64,000 nt of DNA from a virus. Of the stretch, positions 58,076 to 63,690 are shown in pieces. The position numbers were made by a program, and so were the translations under genes. Within the stretch, counting starts at the first letter, position 1. Each line of letters opens with the position of its first letter. The stretch lies in the IMG/VR virus record IMGVR_UViG_3300045988_088194. One strand, given 5' to 3'. The notes under the pieces are model-generated. The model did not search any database. It had not been told where the DNA came from and saw only the letters and a program-made list of their open reading frames with translations.

Positions 58076-58534
58076 TTAATAGCTTCTTGTTGAATCACAA
58101 AGTTCAAACAAGTACTTGTACTTCCATATGTTGTGAATGAAAGTCTCACACTCTGACCTCACTCCTGCATATTCCACTGAATCTGGAATTGATGAGTAGA
58201 ATTTAAGGGTCAAGTTTTTTACCTCAAGAATGAACTCCATTGCATTAAGAGTGTCACTCTCAGTTCCAACTATCTTGTTTGGAGCTATATGACCAAGTAT
58301 TCCTTGCATCTCTTCTGCAAGAGAATCTTGATAGTCACTTAAAATCTCAAGAAACTCATCCAGATATACATGAATATTCCTCTTTGGAGCTGCCCAGTGA
58401 AGATTCTTACATTTAGTCTTCCATCCTTCAAGTCTATTTATAAAACTTATAAAGAATGAGAAGGTATCTGGAGTCACATCTTTTGGTGCCTGACCAGGAG
58501 CTGGTATAGGGTCTAAAAGTAAATCTCCTATCAT
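58076..58534 (-). CDS. Dps/ferritin-like four-helix-bundle protein
   Basis: KNLHWAAPKRNIHVYLDEF...DYQDSLAEE. Dps-type ferroxidase ligands (H, H, D, E) with H-to-D spacing of 15 and D-x3-E preserved. Confidence 0.55.
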   Translation of the reverse strand: MIGDLLLDPIPAPGQAPKDVTPDTFSFFISFINRLEGWKTKCKNLHWAAPKRNIHVYLDEFLEILSDYQDSLAEEMQGILGHIAPNKIVGTESDTLNAMEFILEVKNLTLKFYSSIPDSVEYAGVRSECETFIHNIWKYKYLFELCDSTRSY

Positions 58535-58542
58535 TTTCTTTG

Positions 58543-58550
58543 CAAATATA
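58543..58550 (-). promoter_or_regulatory. -7 box TATATTTG
   Basis: TAnnTTTG 8 nt upstream of ATG 58534, which would give a nearly leaderless transcript. Confidence 0.4.
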
Positions 58551-58594
58551 AGTATTTTATTTTAAACTTCCAAATAAAATTGTAAATTTTTTAG

Positions 58595-58668
58595 TGGAGA
58601 CTGTGGGAGTTGAACCACACTTTTCTGGATTTTCAGTCCAGCACATTTACCACTAATGTTAAATCTCC
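58595..58668 (-). tRNA. tRNA-Phe(GAA)
   Basis: Acceptor GGAGATT/AGTCTCC with A73. D stem ACAT/ATGT. Anticodon arm CTGGA-CTGAAAA-TCCAG. Confidence 0.85.
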
Positions 58669-58672
58669 AAAG

Positions 58673-58755
58673 TGGGAGTAAAAGGATTTGAACCTATTCA
58701 GTCTGAGACACCAGATTTACAGTCTGGCACACATCACCATCTGTGCAGTACTCCC
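58673..58755 (-). tRNA. tRNA-Tyr(GUA), type II
   Basis: Acceptor GGGAGTA/TACTCCC with A73. Anticodon arm CCAGA-CTGTAAA-TCTGG. Long variable arm. Confidence 0.8.
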
Positions 58756-58829
58756 AGTATATATAGTGTTCAAGAAAGTTCTTTTAGAGTAAAAAGGGTT
58801 TATCTCTTAAATCAGCTATGGAAGCATAG

Positions 58830-58902
58830 ACTCCAGGGTAAGAATTGAACTTACACAAAGTAGTTTTGCGGACTACTGCATTAACCTTTCTGCCACCTGG
58901 AG
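58830..58902 (-). tRNA. tRNA-Cys(GCA)
   Basis: Acceptor CTCCAGG/CCTGGAG with U73. Anticodon arm GTAGT-CCGCAAA-ACTAC. T arm GTAAG-TTCAATT-CTTAC. Confidence 0.8.
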
Positions 58903-58908
58903 AATCAG

Positions 58909-58981
58909 GGTGTCTTATTGGAGTTGAACCAACATCATCTTGAGCCACAATCAAGTGCTCTACCATTAAGCTAAAGACACC
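58909..58981 (-). tRNA. tRNA-His(GUG) with encoded G-1
   Basis: G-1 opposite C73. Acceptor GTGTCTT/AAGACAC. Anticodon arm CTTGA-TTGTGGC-TCAAG. Confidence 0.85.
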
Positions 58982-58983
58982 AG

Positions 58984-59056
58984 TGGGCAAGTAAGGACTT
59001 GAACCTTCATTTCCTGGGTATCAGCCAGGTTTCCTAACCAATTAGAAGACATGCCC
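58984..59056 (-). tRNA. tRNA-Ile(GAU)
   Basis: Acceptor GGGCATG/CTTGCCC (one mismatch) with A73. Anticodon arm CCTGG-CTGATAC-CCAGG. Confidence 0.75.
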
Positions 59057-59062
59057 ATTATG

Positions 59063-59135
59063 CAGATTCTTAAGGACTCAAACCCTAATCAAGGGTTTTG
59101 GAGACCCCTATGCTAACTAATTGCACCAAGAACCC
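59063..59135 (-). tRNA. tRNA-Trp(CCA)
   Basis: Acceptor GGGTTCT/AGAATCT with G73. D stem GTGC/GCAT. Anticodon arm GGGGT-CTCCAAA-ACCCT. The T loop TTTGAGT is atypical (T at position 56). Confidence 0.75.
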
Positions 59136-59138
59136 AAG

Positions 59139-59212
59139 TGGCTGGGGTAGAAGGAATTGAACCTTCATCCACAGATTAACAGTCTGTTGCTTGACCTTCC
59201 AGCTATACCCCA
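59139..59212 (-). tRNA. tRNA-Asn(GUU), 3' CCA encoded
   Basis: Acceptor TGGGGTA/TACCCCA (U1:A72), then G73 followed by CCA. Anticodon arm ACAGA-CTGTTAA-TCTGT. Confidence 0.8.
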
Positions 59213-59243
59213 GTTTCAACTAAAAAAAAACAAATGAGAAATG

Positions 59244-59315
59244 TGGACTCTTGGGGAATTGAACCCCAACTCTCTGCTTGCAAAGCAGAAGTGCTACCAT
59301 TATCACTAAGAGCCC
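59244..59315 (-). tRNA. tRNA-Ala(UGC)
   Basis: Acceptor GGGCTCT/AGAGTCC with the G3:U70 identity pair. Anticodon arm TCTGC-TTTGCAA-GCAGA. Confidence 0.85.
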
Positions 59316-59319
59316 AAAG

Positions 59320-59393
59320 TAGGGAAGAAAGGACTCGAACCTTCATCTTCTACATCCCAAATGTAGCCAATTAACCAATTATTGTACTTCCCT
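59320..59393 (-). tRNA. tRNA-Pro(UGG)
   Basis: Acceptor AGGGAAG/CTTCCCT. D stem CAAT/ATTG. Anticodon arm CTACA-TTTGGGA-TGTAG. Confidence 0.8.
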
Positions 59394-59408
59394 ATAACAA
59401 TCATATTG

Positions 59409-59494
59409 CGGAGAGCAATGTACTTGAAACATATCCCCCTAAGAGAACCTCATGTTTAGCAGACAGAGCCAGCAACCTTACTGGTTTACTCTCC
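59409..59494 (-). tRNA. tRNA-Ser(GCU), type II
   Basis: Acceptor GGAGAGT/GCTCTCC with G73. Anticodon loop CTGCTAA (stem has one mismatch). Long variable arm. T loop TTCAAGT. Confidence 0.65.
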
Positions 59495-59511
59495 TTTATA
59501 TCTCTATTATG

Positions 59512-59596
59512 CGGAAGAGTGAGGTCCTGCCCCCCATACCCCTCAGAGTACCCTTTGTTTTCAAGACAAGGCTGAGTCTCACTCAGTTACCCTTCC
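59512..59596 (-). tRNA. tRNA-Ser(UGA)-like, type II, with non-canonical D and T loops
   Basis: Acceptor GGAAGGG/CTCTTCC with G73. Anticodon loop CTTGAAA. 5-bp variable arm TACTC/GGGTA. T arm TGGGG-GGCAGGA-CCTCA, which lacks TTC. D loop lacks GG. Confidence 0.45.
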
Positions 59597-59602
59597 AATA
59601 TG

Positions 59603-59676
59603 CAGGCTATATGGGATTTGAACCCATCTTCTCCACTGTGACAGAGTGGCATCTTCACCAAGCAGACCCATAGCCT
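59603..59676 (-). tRNA. tRNA-Asp(GUC)
   Basis: Acceptor AGGCTAT/ATAGCCT with G73. Anticodon arm CCACT-CTGTCAC-AGTGG. T arm ATGGG-TTCAAAT-CCCAT. Confidence 0.8.
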
Positions 59677-59680
59677 ATGA

Positions 59681-59753
59681 TACTCTCAATAGGACTTGAA
59701 CCTAACATTTCTGCCTTGAAAGGGCAGCATCCTAACCTTTAGATGATGAGAGT
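59681..59753 (-). tRNA. tRNA-Glu(UUC)
   Basis: Acceptor ACTCTCA/TGAGAGT with A73. Anticodon arm CTGCC-CTTTCAA-GGCAG. Confidence 0.75.
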
Positions 59754-59791
59754 ATAATAGTTGGTATTTCACAACTACCTTAATTAGTTTG

Positions 59792-59864
59792 TTGAAGGGG
59801 AAAGATTTGAACTTTCATCTACCTGTTTCAAAGACAGGAATGTTCACCGTTACACCACCCTTCA
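59792..59864 (-). tRNA. tRNA-Gln(UUG)
   Basis: Acceptor TGAAGGG/CCCTTCA (U1:A72). D stem GTGT/ACAT. Anticodon arm CCTGT-CTTTGAA-ACAGG. Confidence 0.8.
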
Positions 59865-59876
59865 ATATAAGAAGGA

Positions 59877-60113
59877 CTAAGCCTTCTTAACAGTTTTCTT
59901 TGTTGCCTTTACAGGCGCTTCCTTTACTACCTCAACCACCTTTTCTACCTCTTTGATAATATCTCTCTTAAAGAGATAACCTGCTGCAAATCCAGCAATC
60001 ACTGAAACAAGGCAGGCAAGTGTAGCCCAGAATGGGAACAGCTTAATAAGTCCAAGTGACCCAACTACTACCACTGCTACAATAGCAAGTGCAATCCATC
60101 TTTTTGTATTCAT
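59877..60113 (-). CDS. small two-TM membrane protein
   Basis: 78 aa with two hydrophobic helices followed by a Lys/Val/Glu-rich tail. It is the first gene after a -7 box and lies upstream of the tRNA array. Confidence 0.5.
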   Translation of the reverse strand: MNTKRWIALAIVAVVVVGSLGLIKLFPFWATLACLVSVIAGFAAGYLFKRDIIKEVEKVVEVVKEAPVKATKKTVKKA

Positions 60114-60137
60114 CTTCTCTTTATTTGAATTGTTCTA

Positions 60138-60145
60138 CAAAGGTA
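60138..60145 (-). promoter_or_regulatory. -7 box TACCTTTG (extended CTTACCTTTG)
   Basis: 25 nt upstream of ATG 60113. The same extended box occurs at 44768 and 61939. Confidence 0.5.
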
Positions 60146-60170
60146 AGTAAAAAATTTGATATATGCAAAT

Positions 60171-60314
60171 TTATTTATACTTTTTTCTATTATTTTTCAA
60201 TAATCCTCCTTCATCATATATCTTCTTCATATCAGACAAAGAGCCTACTCCTGCTTTCAGGAATAGGCTCATCAAGTCTGACCTTTCCTTCATTGTAAGG
60301 TCATTCCATTTCAT
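60171..60314 (-). CDS. small hypothetical protein (47 aa, below the track cutoff)
   Basis: Hand translation MKWNDLTMKERSDLMSLFLKAGVGSLSDMKKIYDEGGLLKNNRKKYK. The ATG is 1 nt after the upstream stop. Confidence 0.4.
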   Translation of the reverse strand: MKWNDLTMKERSDLMSLFLKAGVGSLSDMKKIYDEGGLLKNNRKKYK

Positions 60315-60315
60315 A

Positions 60316-60927
60316 TTATCTATCAGCAAAGGATATCTTATATAAATCTACATAAATAGTTTCTTCTGTATTGACAACTGAAACTGCAATCCCAGTTTCA
60401 TTTTGATAATCTATATATAGGTCAGAAGCAGGAAAGTCACTTGGGAAAAAGTCTATTCTTCCTGTTTCTGGAATAGAGCCAGAATATGAAGAAGTAGACT
60501 GCCCCAGAGGATTAGTCCATCTTATGACCAGAGATGGTGCATTCTTATCCCATCCATCATTAGGGTAAGTATCTGCAAGGTAGTTTACTACATCATGTAT
60601 GTACTTTGCATCTATATTAAATTCTGCTGCGAATTCAAGAGTAGCACTGCCCTCCGTATGATATATTATCTCTGGATAAGATATCCCATAGTTCTGGCTA
60701 AAGGTAACATCATTTATAACTGAACTTACATCCTGAGATATCCTTACTGCCCCTACTATAGGGACACCTGCCTGTGCTATATTCAATGTGGCTTGTACTC
60801 CATTAGCAGTCCTTGCAACCATCTGAGATTTCCTCTCCCCTCCCATGTTTCCCATGGCTGAAATATTAACTGTTTCTACCCCTTCCGTGCCAGAGGTCTT
60901 GTCAAGTGTAATCCAATTAGGTTTCAT
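60316..60927 (-). CDS. protein starting with a second-half BACON segment
   Basis: N-terminus MKPNWITLDKTSGTEGVETVNISAMGNMGGERKSQMVART (W-I-T...SG...N...R pattern). Confidence 0.55.
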   Translation of the reverse strand: MKPNWITLDKTSGTEGVETVNISAMGNMGGERKSQMVARTANGVQATLNIAQAGVPIVGAVRISQDVSSVINDVTFSQNYGISYPEIIYHTEGSATLEFAAEFNIDAKYIHDVVNYLADTYPNDGWDKNAPSLVIRWTNPLGQSTSSYSGSIPETGRIDFFPSDFPASDLYIDYQNETGIAVSVVNTEETIYVDLYKISFADR

Positions 60928-61289
60928 TTTAACTTTCTTCTTAATTTCTTATTAAATACAAATTTAATCCAACTGTATCTTTTCCTACTCTTTAAGTAGT
61001 TAAGATTATTCTCATTGTTGAATGCTTCCTCTTCAAAAGATATATCACTGTAAGCCTTATCATAAGGTGGCAACAGCACCTCTAAAAGCCACTCTATAAA
61101 ATACCATATATAGAAGAAGATATATCCAAGTTCCTTCATCTGTTCTGTATGAATAGACTCATGATTAATGGTTCTTGGAGATACATAAGGCTCAGGTTTT
61201 CCCTTCTCCTGTCTTACAAAGAGAGTTCCAAACAAATTAATTGCAAAGAACCCCTTGAAAGGAATAAATCTATTGTAAATTATCTTCAT
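60924..61289 (-). CDS. small HExxH zincin-like protein (HExxHxxQ, DUF4157-like)
   Basis: INHESIHTEQ motif, followed by a hydrophobic helix. 121 aa. Confidence 0.5.
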   Translation of the reverse strand: MKIIYNRFIPFKGFFAINLFGTLFVRQEKGKPEPYVSPRTINHESIHTEQMKELGYIFFYIWYFIEWLLEVLLPPYDKAYSDISFEEEAFNNENNLNYLKSRKRYSWIKFVFNKKLRRKLK

Positions 61290-61318
61290 GGTATGTTAAT
61301 CTATGCCCTGCGGGCAGC

Positions 61319-61633
61319 TTAGATGACATGTTGATTAAGGAGAGAGTTTATACATTTGGCACTCCATTCTACTATAGGCTCATCATTATATTCATTGAGG
61401 TACTGTCCTTCCAAGAATATGGCATGGAACAGTTCATGCAATACAGTAACCCTGATATTATTCTCCTTATAAGGATTACCGTTTATATCTCTCAATGATA
61501 TTCTTATAGTCCTTGTATTTGGGTCTGTCTCCCCCAATAGGGTACCTCCCTCATCCGCCTTGAAGTATTTATCTTCAAACTTAATACTCCAAATAGAGTC
61601 AAATATCTTAAACTTTCTGTTCTTAAACTCCAT
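61319..61633 (-). CDS. small HExxH metallopeptidase-like protein
   Basis: VTVLHELFHAIFLEG motif. 104 aa. Confidence 0.5.
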   Translation of the reverse strand: MEFKNRKFKIFDSIWSIKFEDKYFKADEGGTLLGETDPNTRTIRISLRDINGNPYKENNIRVTVLHELFHAIFLEGQYLNEYNDEPIVEWSAKCINSLLNQHVI

Positions 61634-61744
61634 ACTTCTCCTTATTCTACTGAGAGTTTAACTAATAGACCTATCTTAATAAAGAAGGGACCTGGGTGGC
61701 TCTTTTTCATCACCCTGGCTTGAGATTAAGGCTCTCAACATATA

Positions 61745-61783
61745 TAGTCCATCCCCTGGTTATATAATATTAGTCCATCCCCT
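61745..61783. repeat. direct repeat TAGTCCATCCCCT x2 (26-nt period)
   Basis: Exact 13-mers at 61745-61757 and 61771-61783, inside an ORF-free region that is GC-richer than other intergenic DNA. Confidence 0.8.
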
Positions 61784-61938
61784 TTTATCACTGCCCTAAA
61801 GCAGCCTCCTCATTACCAACCCTTGGTCAATATCCACTACTTTCTTGACTTGGTGAGAAGCAGTTCAGTCCTATATATGCCCTCCTACCTAAAAAGGTAT
61901 CAGTATTCTCAGTATACTTGCTATTTCTACTGTAGGTG

Positions 61939-61946
61939 CAAAGGTA
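61939..61946 (-). promoter_or_regulatory. -7 box TACCTTTG (extended CTTACCTTTG)
   Basis: It sits about 300 nt upstream of the first minus-strand ORF (ATG 61633), which implies a long leader or a separate RNA. Confidence 0.4.
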
Positions 61947-62008
61947 AGTAAAATAAATGATAAATCCAAATAATTAAGGAATTATTTTTATAGGACCACT
62001 AAATTTTA

Positions 62009-62041
62009 TTTTTTTTTTGATTTTTTTTTTAATTTTTTTTT
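62009..62041. repeat. three phased T-tracts (T10-GA-T10-AA-T9)
   Basis: Runs at 62009-62018, 62021-62030 and 62033-62041, at the divergent junction and just upstream of motif copy 1. Confidence 0.9.
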
Positions 62042-62062
62042 CTATTTGTATGAGTGGGATAT

Positions 62063-62094
62063 AACAACACAACACTCCCCCTGGTCATTGGGAG
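62063..62094 (+). promoter_or_regulatory. conserved early-promoter-like motif, copy 1
   Basis: AACAACACAACAC-N13-TGGGAG, 57 nt upstream of ATG 62151. Confidence 0.55.
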
Positions 62095-62150
62095 AATGGG
62101 TTCCCTCCCCCCACACATCAGTGAACCCTAACACAAATACAGTTAGTACC

Positions 62151-62456
62151 ATGAGAACATTCTTAGGTAAAGAGGTAAGGACATACTCAGAGTCCTCCTG
62201 GAAGCTGGTCCCAGGAAGTGCCCAGCAGATTAAGAAGGCTGACCTCAAGAAGGTCAAGTCCATAGAGGTGAAATACTCAGAGGAGTATGACCACCTCTAT
62301 GCTGTGGTACTGCTTGACACAGGCTATGTGTCATGGCAGTTGGACCGCAAGTTCAAGGGTGAGGAAGGTGACACCATTGACCCAAGCACCTTCATGGTGT
62401 TCCAGCTCACCAATGGTGAGAAGACCATCACCAGGTGCACAGGTAGAACCCTGTAG
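62151..62456 (+). CDS. small early protein, paralog family A
   Basis: I use ATG 62151, because the track TTG start at 62046 would place the motif inside the ORF. Paralogous to 63334-63624 (RTY..W, L[DS]R, EEGD[TS][IV]D). Confidence 0.55.
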   Translation: MRTFLGKEVRTYSESSWKLVPGSAQQIKKADLKKVKSIEVKYSEEYDHLYAVVLLDTGYVSWQLDRKFKGEEGDTIDPSTFMVFQLTNGEKTITRCTGRTL

Positions 62457-62460
62457 CAGA

Positions 62461-62496
62461 GAGAGACCAGCAGTAGCTGGTCATCTCTTTTTTCTA
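62461..62496 (+). terminator. intrinsic terminator
   Basis: Stem GACCAGC/GCTGGTC (62465-62471 / 62476-62482) followed by TCTCTTTTTTC. Confidence 0.75.
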
Positions 62497-62500
62497 TAAA

Positions 62501-62532
62501 AACAACACAACATTGTTTTCATTCTCTGGGAT
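62501..62532 (+). promoter_or_regulatory. conserved early-promoter-like motif, copy 2
   Basis: AACAACACAACAT-N13-TGGGAT, 96 nt upstream of ATG 62628. Confidence 0.55.
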
Positions 62533-62627
62533 AAAAACAAGTCTAACAATTAATAGACTTAAACATTTTTATAGGCTTTGAGTAGCCTTATCCTTAGACT
62601 AATATTAAACTAATAATATTTTGTAAT

Positions 62628-62930
62628 ATGAAGAACATTCATAATTGTGATGAACTTATTAAGTTCTTGGTAAATGAGTTTGCATCATATCCTTTGGATT
62701 GTGTAGAATTTCAGGGAGATATAGTGGAGATTACTATGACTGATTATACCTATGAGGAGTTAGGTTTCATAGTAGATAATACTCTTATATCAATAGCCTC
62801 TAGTGCAGAAGGTTACTTTGATGTAAAAGCTTGTACAGCTCCTATTAAATTTGGAGGACTTGCTAGAAGTATATGTATACCAGACTATGTTAAGAATGAG
62901 CTTATAGCTACTTTGTCTGGAGAGTGGTAG
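62628..62930 (+). CDS. small early hypothetical protein
   Basis: 100-aa ORF, AT-rich. Confidence 0.5.
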   Translation: MKNIHNCDELIKFLVNEFASYPLDCVEFQGDIVEITMTDYTYEELGFIVDNTLISIASSAEGYFDVKACTAPIKFGGLARSICIPDYVKNELIATLSGEW

Positions 62931-62933
62931 ATT

Positions 62934-62965
62934 AAAAGAGGATAATATCCTCTTTTAGTTTTTTA
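62934..62965 (+). terminator. intrinsic terminator
   Basis: Palindrome AAAAGAGGATA/TATCCTCTTTT followed by AGTTTTTT. Confidence 0.7.
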
Positions 62966-62969
62966 TGAA

Positions 62970-63001
62970 AACAACACAACATTCTATCCATTATTTGGGA
63001 T
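62970..63001 (+). promoter_or_regulatory. conserved early-promoter-like motif, copy 3
   Basis: AACAACACAACAT-N13-TGGGAT, 59 nt upstream of ATG 63060. Confidence 0.55.
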
Positions 63002-63059
63002 AAACAATCTAATAAACAATAATTAGATTAATACTTACTAAACATTTTAAGTTAGGAAT

Positions 63060-63170
63060 ATGGAAAGAATATTAGGTGATATTTATGGAATACTTATGGC
63101 TGCTGTACTAATAGGATATATCATTGTATGGTTCTATAATGAAGAATGTAAAGGACCAAAAGATGAATGA
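63060..63170 (+). CDS. 36-aa single-TM micro-protein (below the track cutoff)
   Basis: Hand translation MERILGDIYGILMAAVLIGYIIVWFYNEECKGPKDE. It is positioned after motif copy 3 in the same way as the other early genes. Confidence 0.45.
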   Translation: MERILGDIYGILMAAVLIGYIIVWFYNEECKGPKDE

Positions 63171-63191
63171 CCTAATGTGTTATGTGTGGGG

Positions 63192-63245
63192 AACTCTCAG
63201 TTTTTATACCTTATAATATATAGGTATAGGCTGGGAGTTTAATTT
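63192..63245 (+). terminator. compound hairpin (possible terminator)
   Basis: Outer stem AACTCTCAG/CTGGGAGTT (63192-63200 / 63231-63239) enclosing inner stem TATACCT/AGGTATA. The T-tail is weak. Confidence 0.4.
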
Positions 63246-63255
63246 CTTAGAGTAA

Positions 63256-63287
63256 AACAACACAGCATATTCTCCATACTTTGGGAC
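63256..63287 (+). promoter_or_regulatory. conserved early-promoter-like motif, copy 4
   Basis: AACAACACAGCAT-N13-TGGGAC, 47 nt upstream of ATG 63334. Confidence 0.5.
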
Positions 63288-63333
63288 ACAAGATATGTGG
63301 ACCAACTAAGTTTAACTACAAACATCAAACACT

Positions 63334-63624
63334 ATGGGATTTTTGGACAAACTCCGTACTTATGCTGGCTCTTGGAGTGAGGCTGGCAGGGAACACCTCA
63401 GCAAGGCTGAGGTAGCTCAAGTGGCATCTGCCACAGTAGTTGAAGGCCAATATGGCCTTTCAATGTGCTTCGTGATGAAGGCTGGAGGCAAGAAATTCAT
63501 GCCTCTTAGTAGGGACTCTCAACTTGAGGAAGGTGATTCTGTGGACATTAAGTCTGTGGAAATCATCACCCTGGAAAGGGATGGTGATGAGGACATCTAC
63601 AGAGCAGATGGTACAGCAGAGTAA
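63334..63624 (+). CDS. small early protein, paralog family A
   Basis: 96 aa, shares its motifs with 62151-62456 and is GC-richer than its flanks. Confidence 0.55.
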   Translation: MGFLDKLRTYAGSWSEAGREHLSKAEVAQVASATVVEGQYGLSMCFVMKAGGKKFMPLSRDSQLEEGDSVDIKSVEIITLERDGDEDIYRADGTAE

Positions 63625-63640
63625 TCTGCCTCTTAACATT

Positions 63641-63690
63641 AGGACAGAATGGTCTATTCTATGACTGTTCTGTCCTTTTATTTTTATTTG
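63641..63690 (+). terminator. intrinsic terminator
   Basis: Stem AGGACAGAA/TTCTGTCCT (63641-63649 / 63668-63676) followed by TTTTATTTTTATTT. Confidence 0.65.

Noticed and set aside
58757-58829. A tRNA-sized (73-nt) spacer between tRNA-Tyr and tRNA-Cys
   Set aside because: I could find no complementary acceptor ends and no T-arm signature (GGTTCRANYCC), so it is treated as spacer.
58784-58990. 68-aa ORF, together with the 73-aa ORF at 59452-59673
   Set aside because: Both are fully overlapped by well-folding tRNA genes (Cys/His and Ser/Ser-like/Asp respectively), so they are artefacts of the ORF caller.
62042-62499. The minus-strand 73-aa ORF (62042-62263), the alternative-frame 70-aa ORF (62287-62499), and the TTG-extended start at 62046
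   Set aside because: They overlap the better-supported 62151-62456 gene, which has a paralog at 63334. The TTG extension would also bury the conserved promoter-like motif inside coding sequence.
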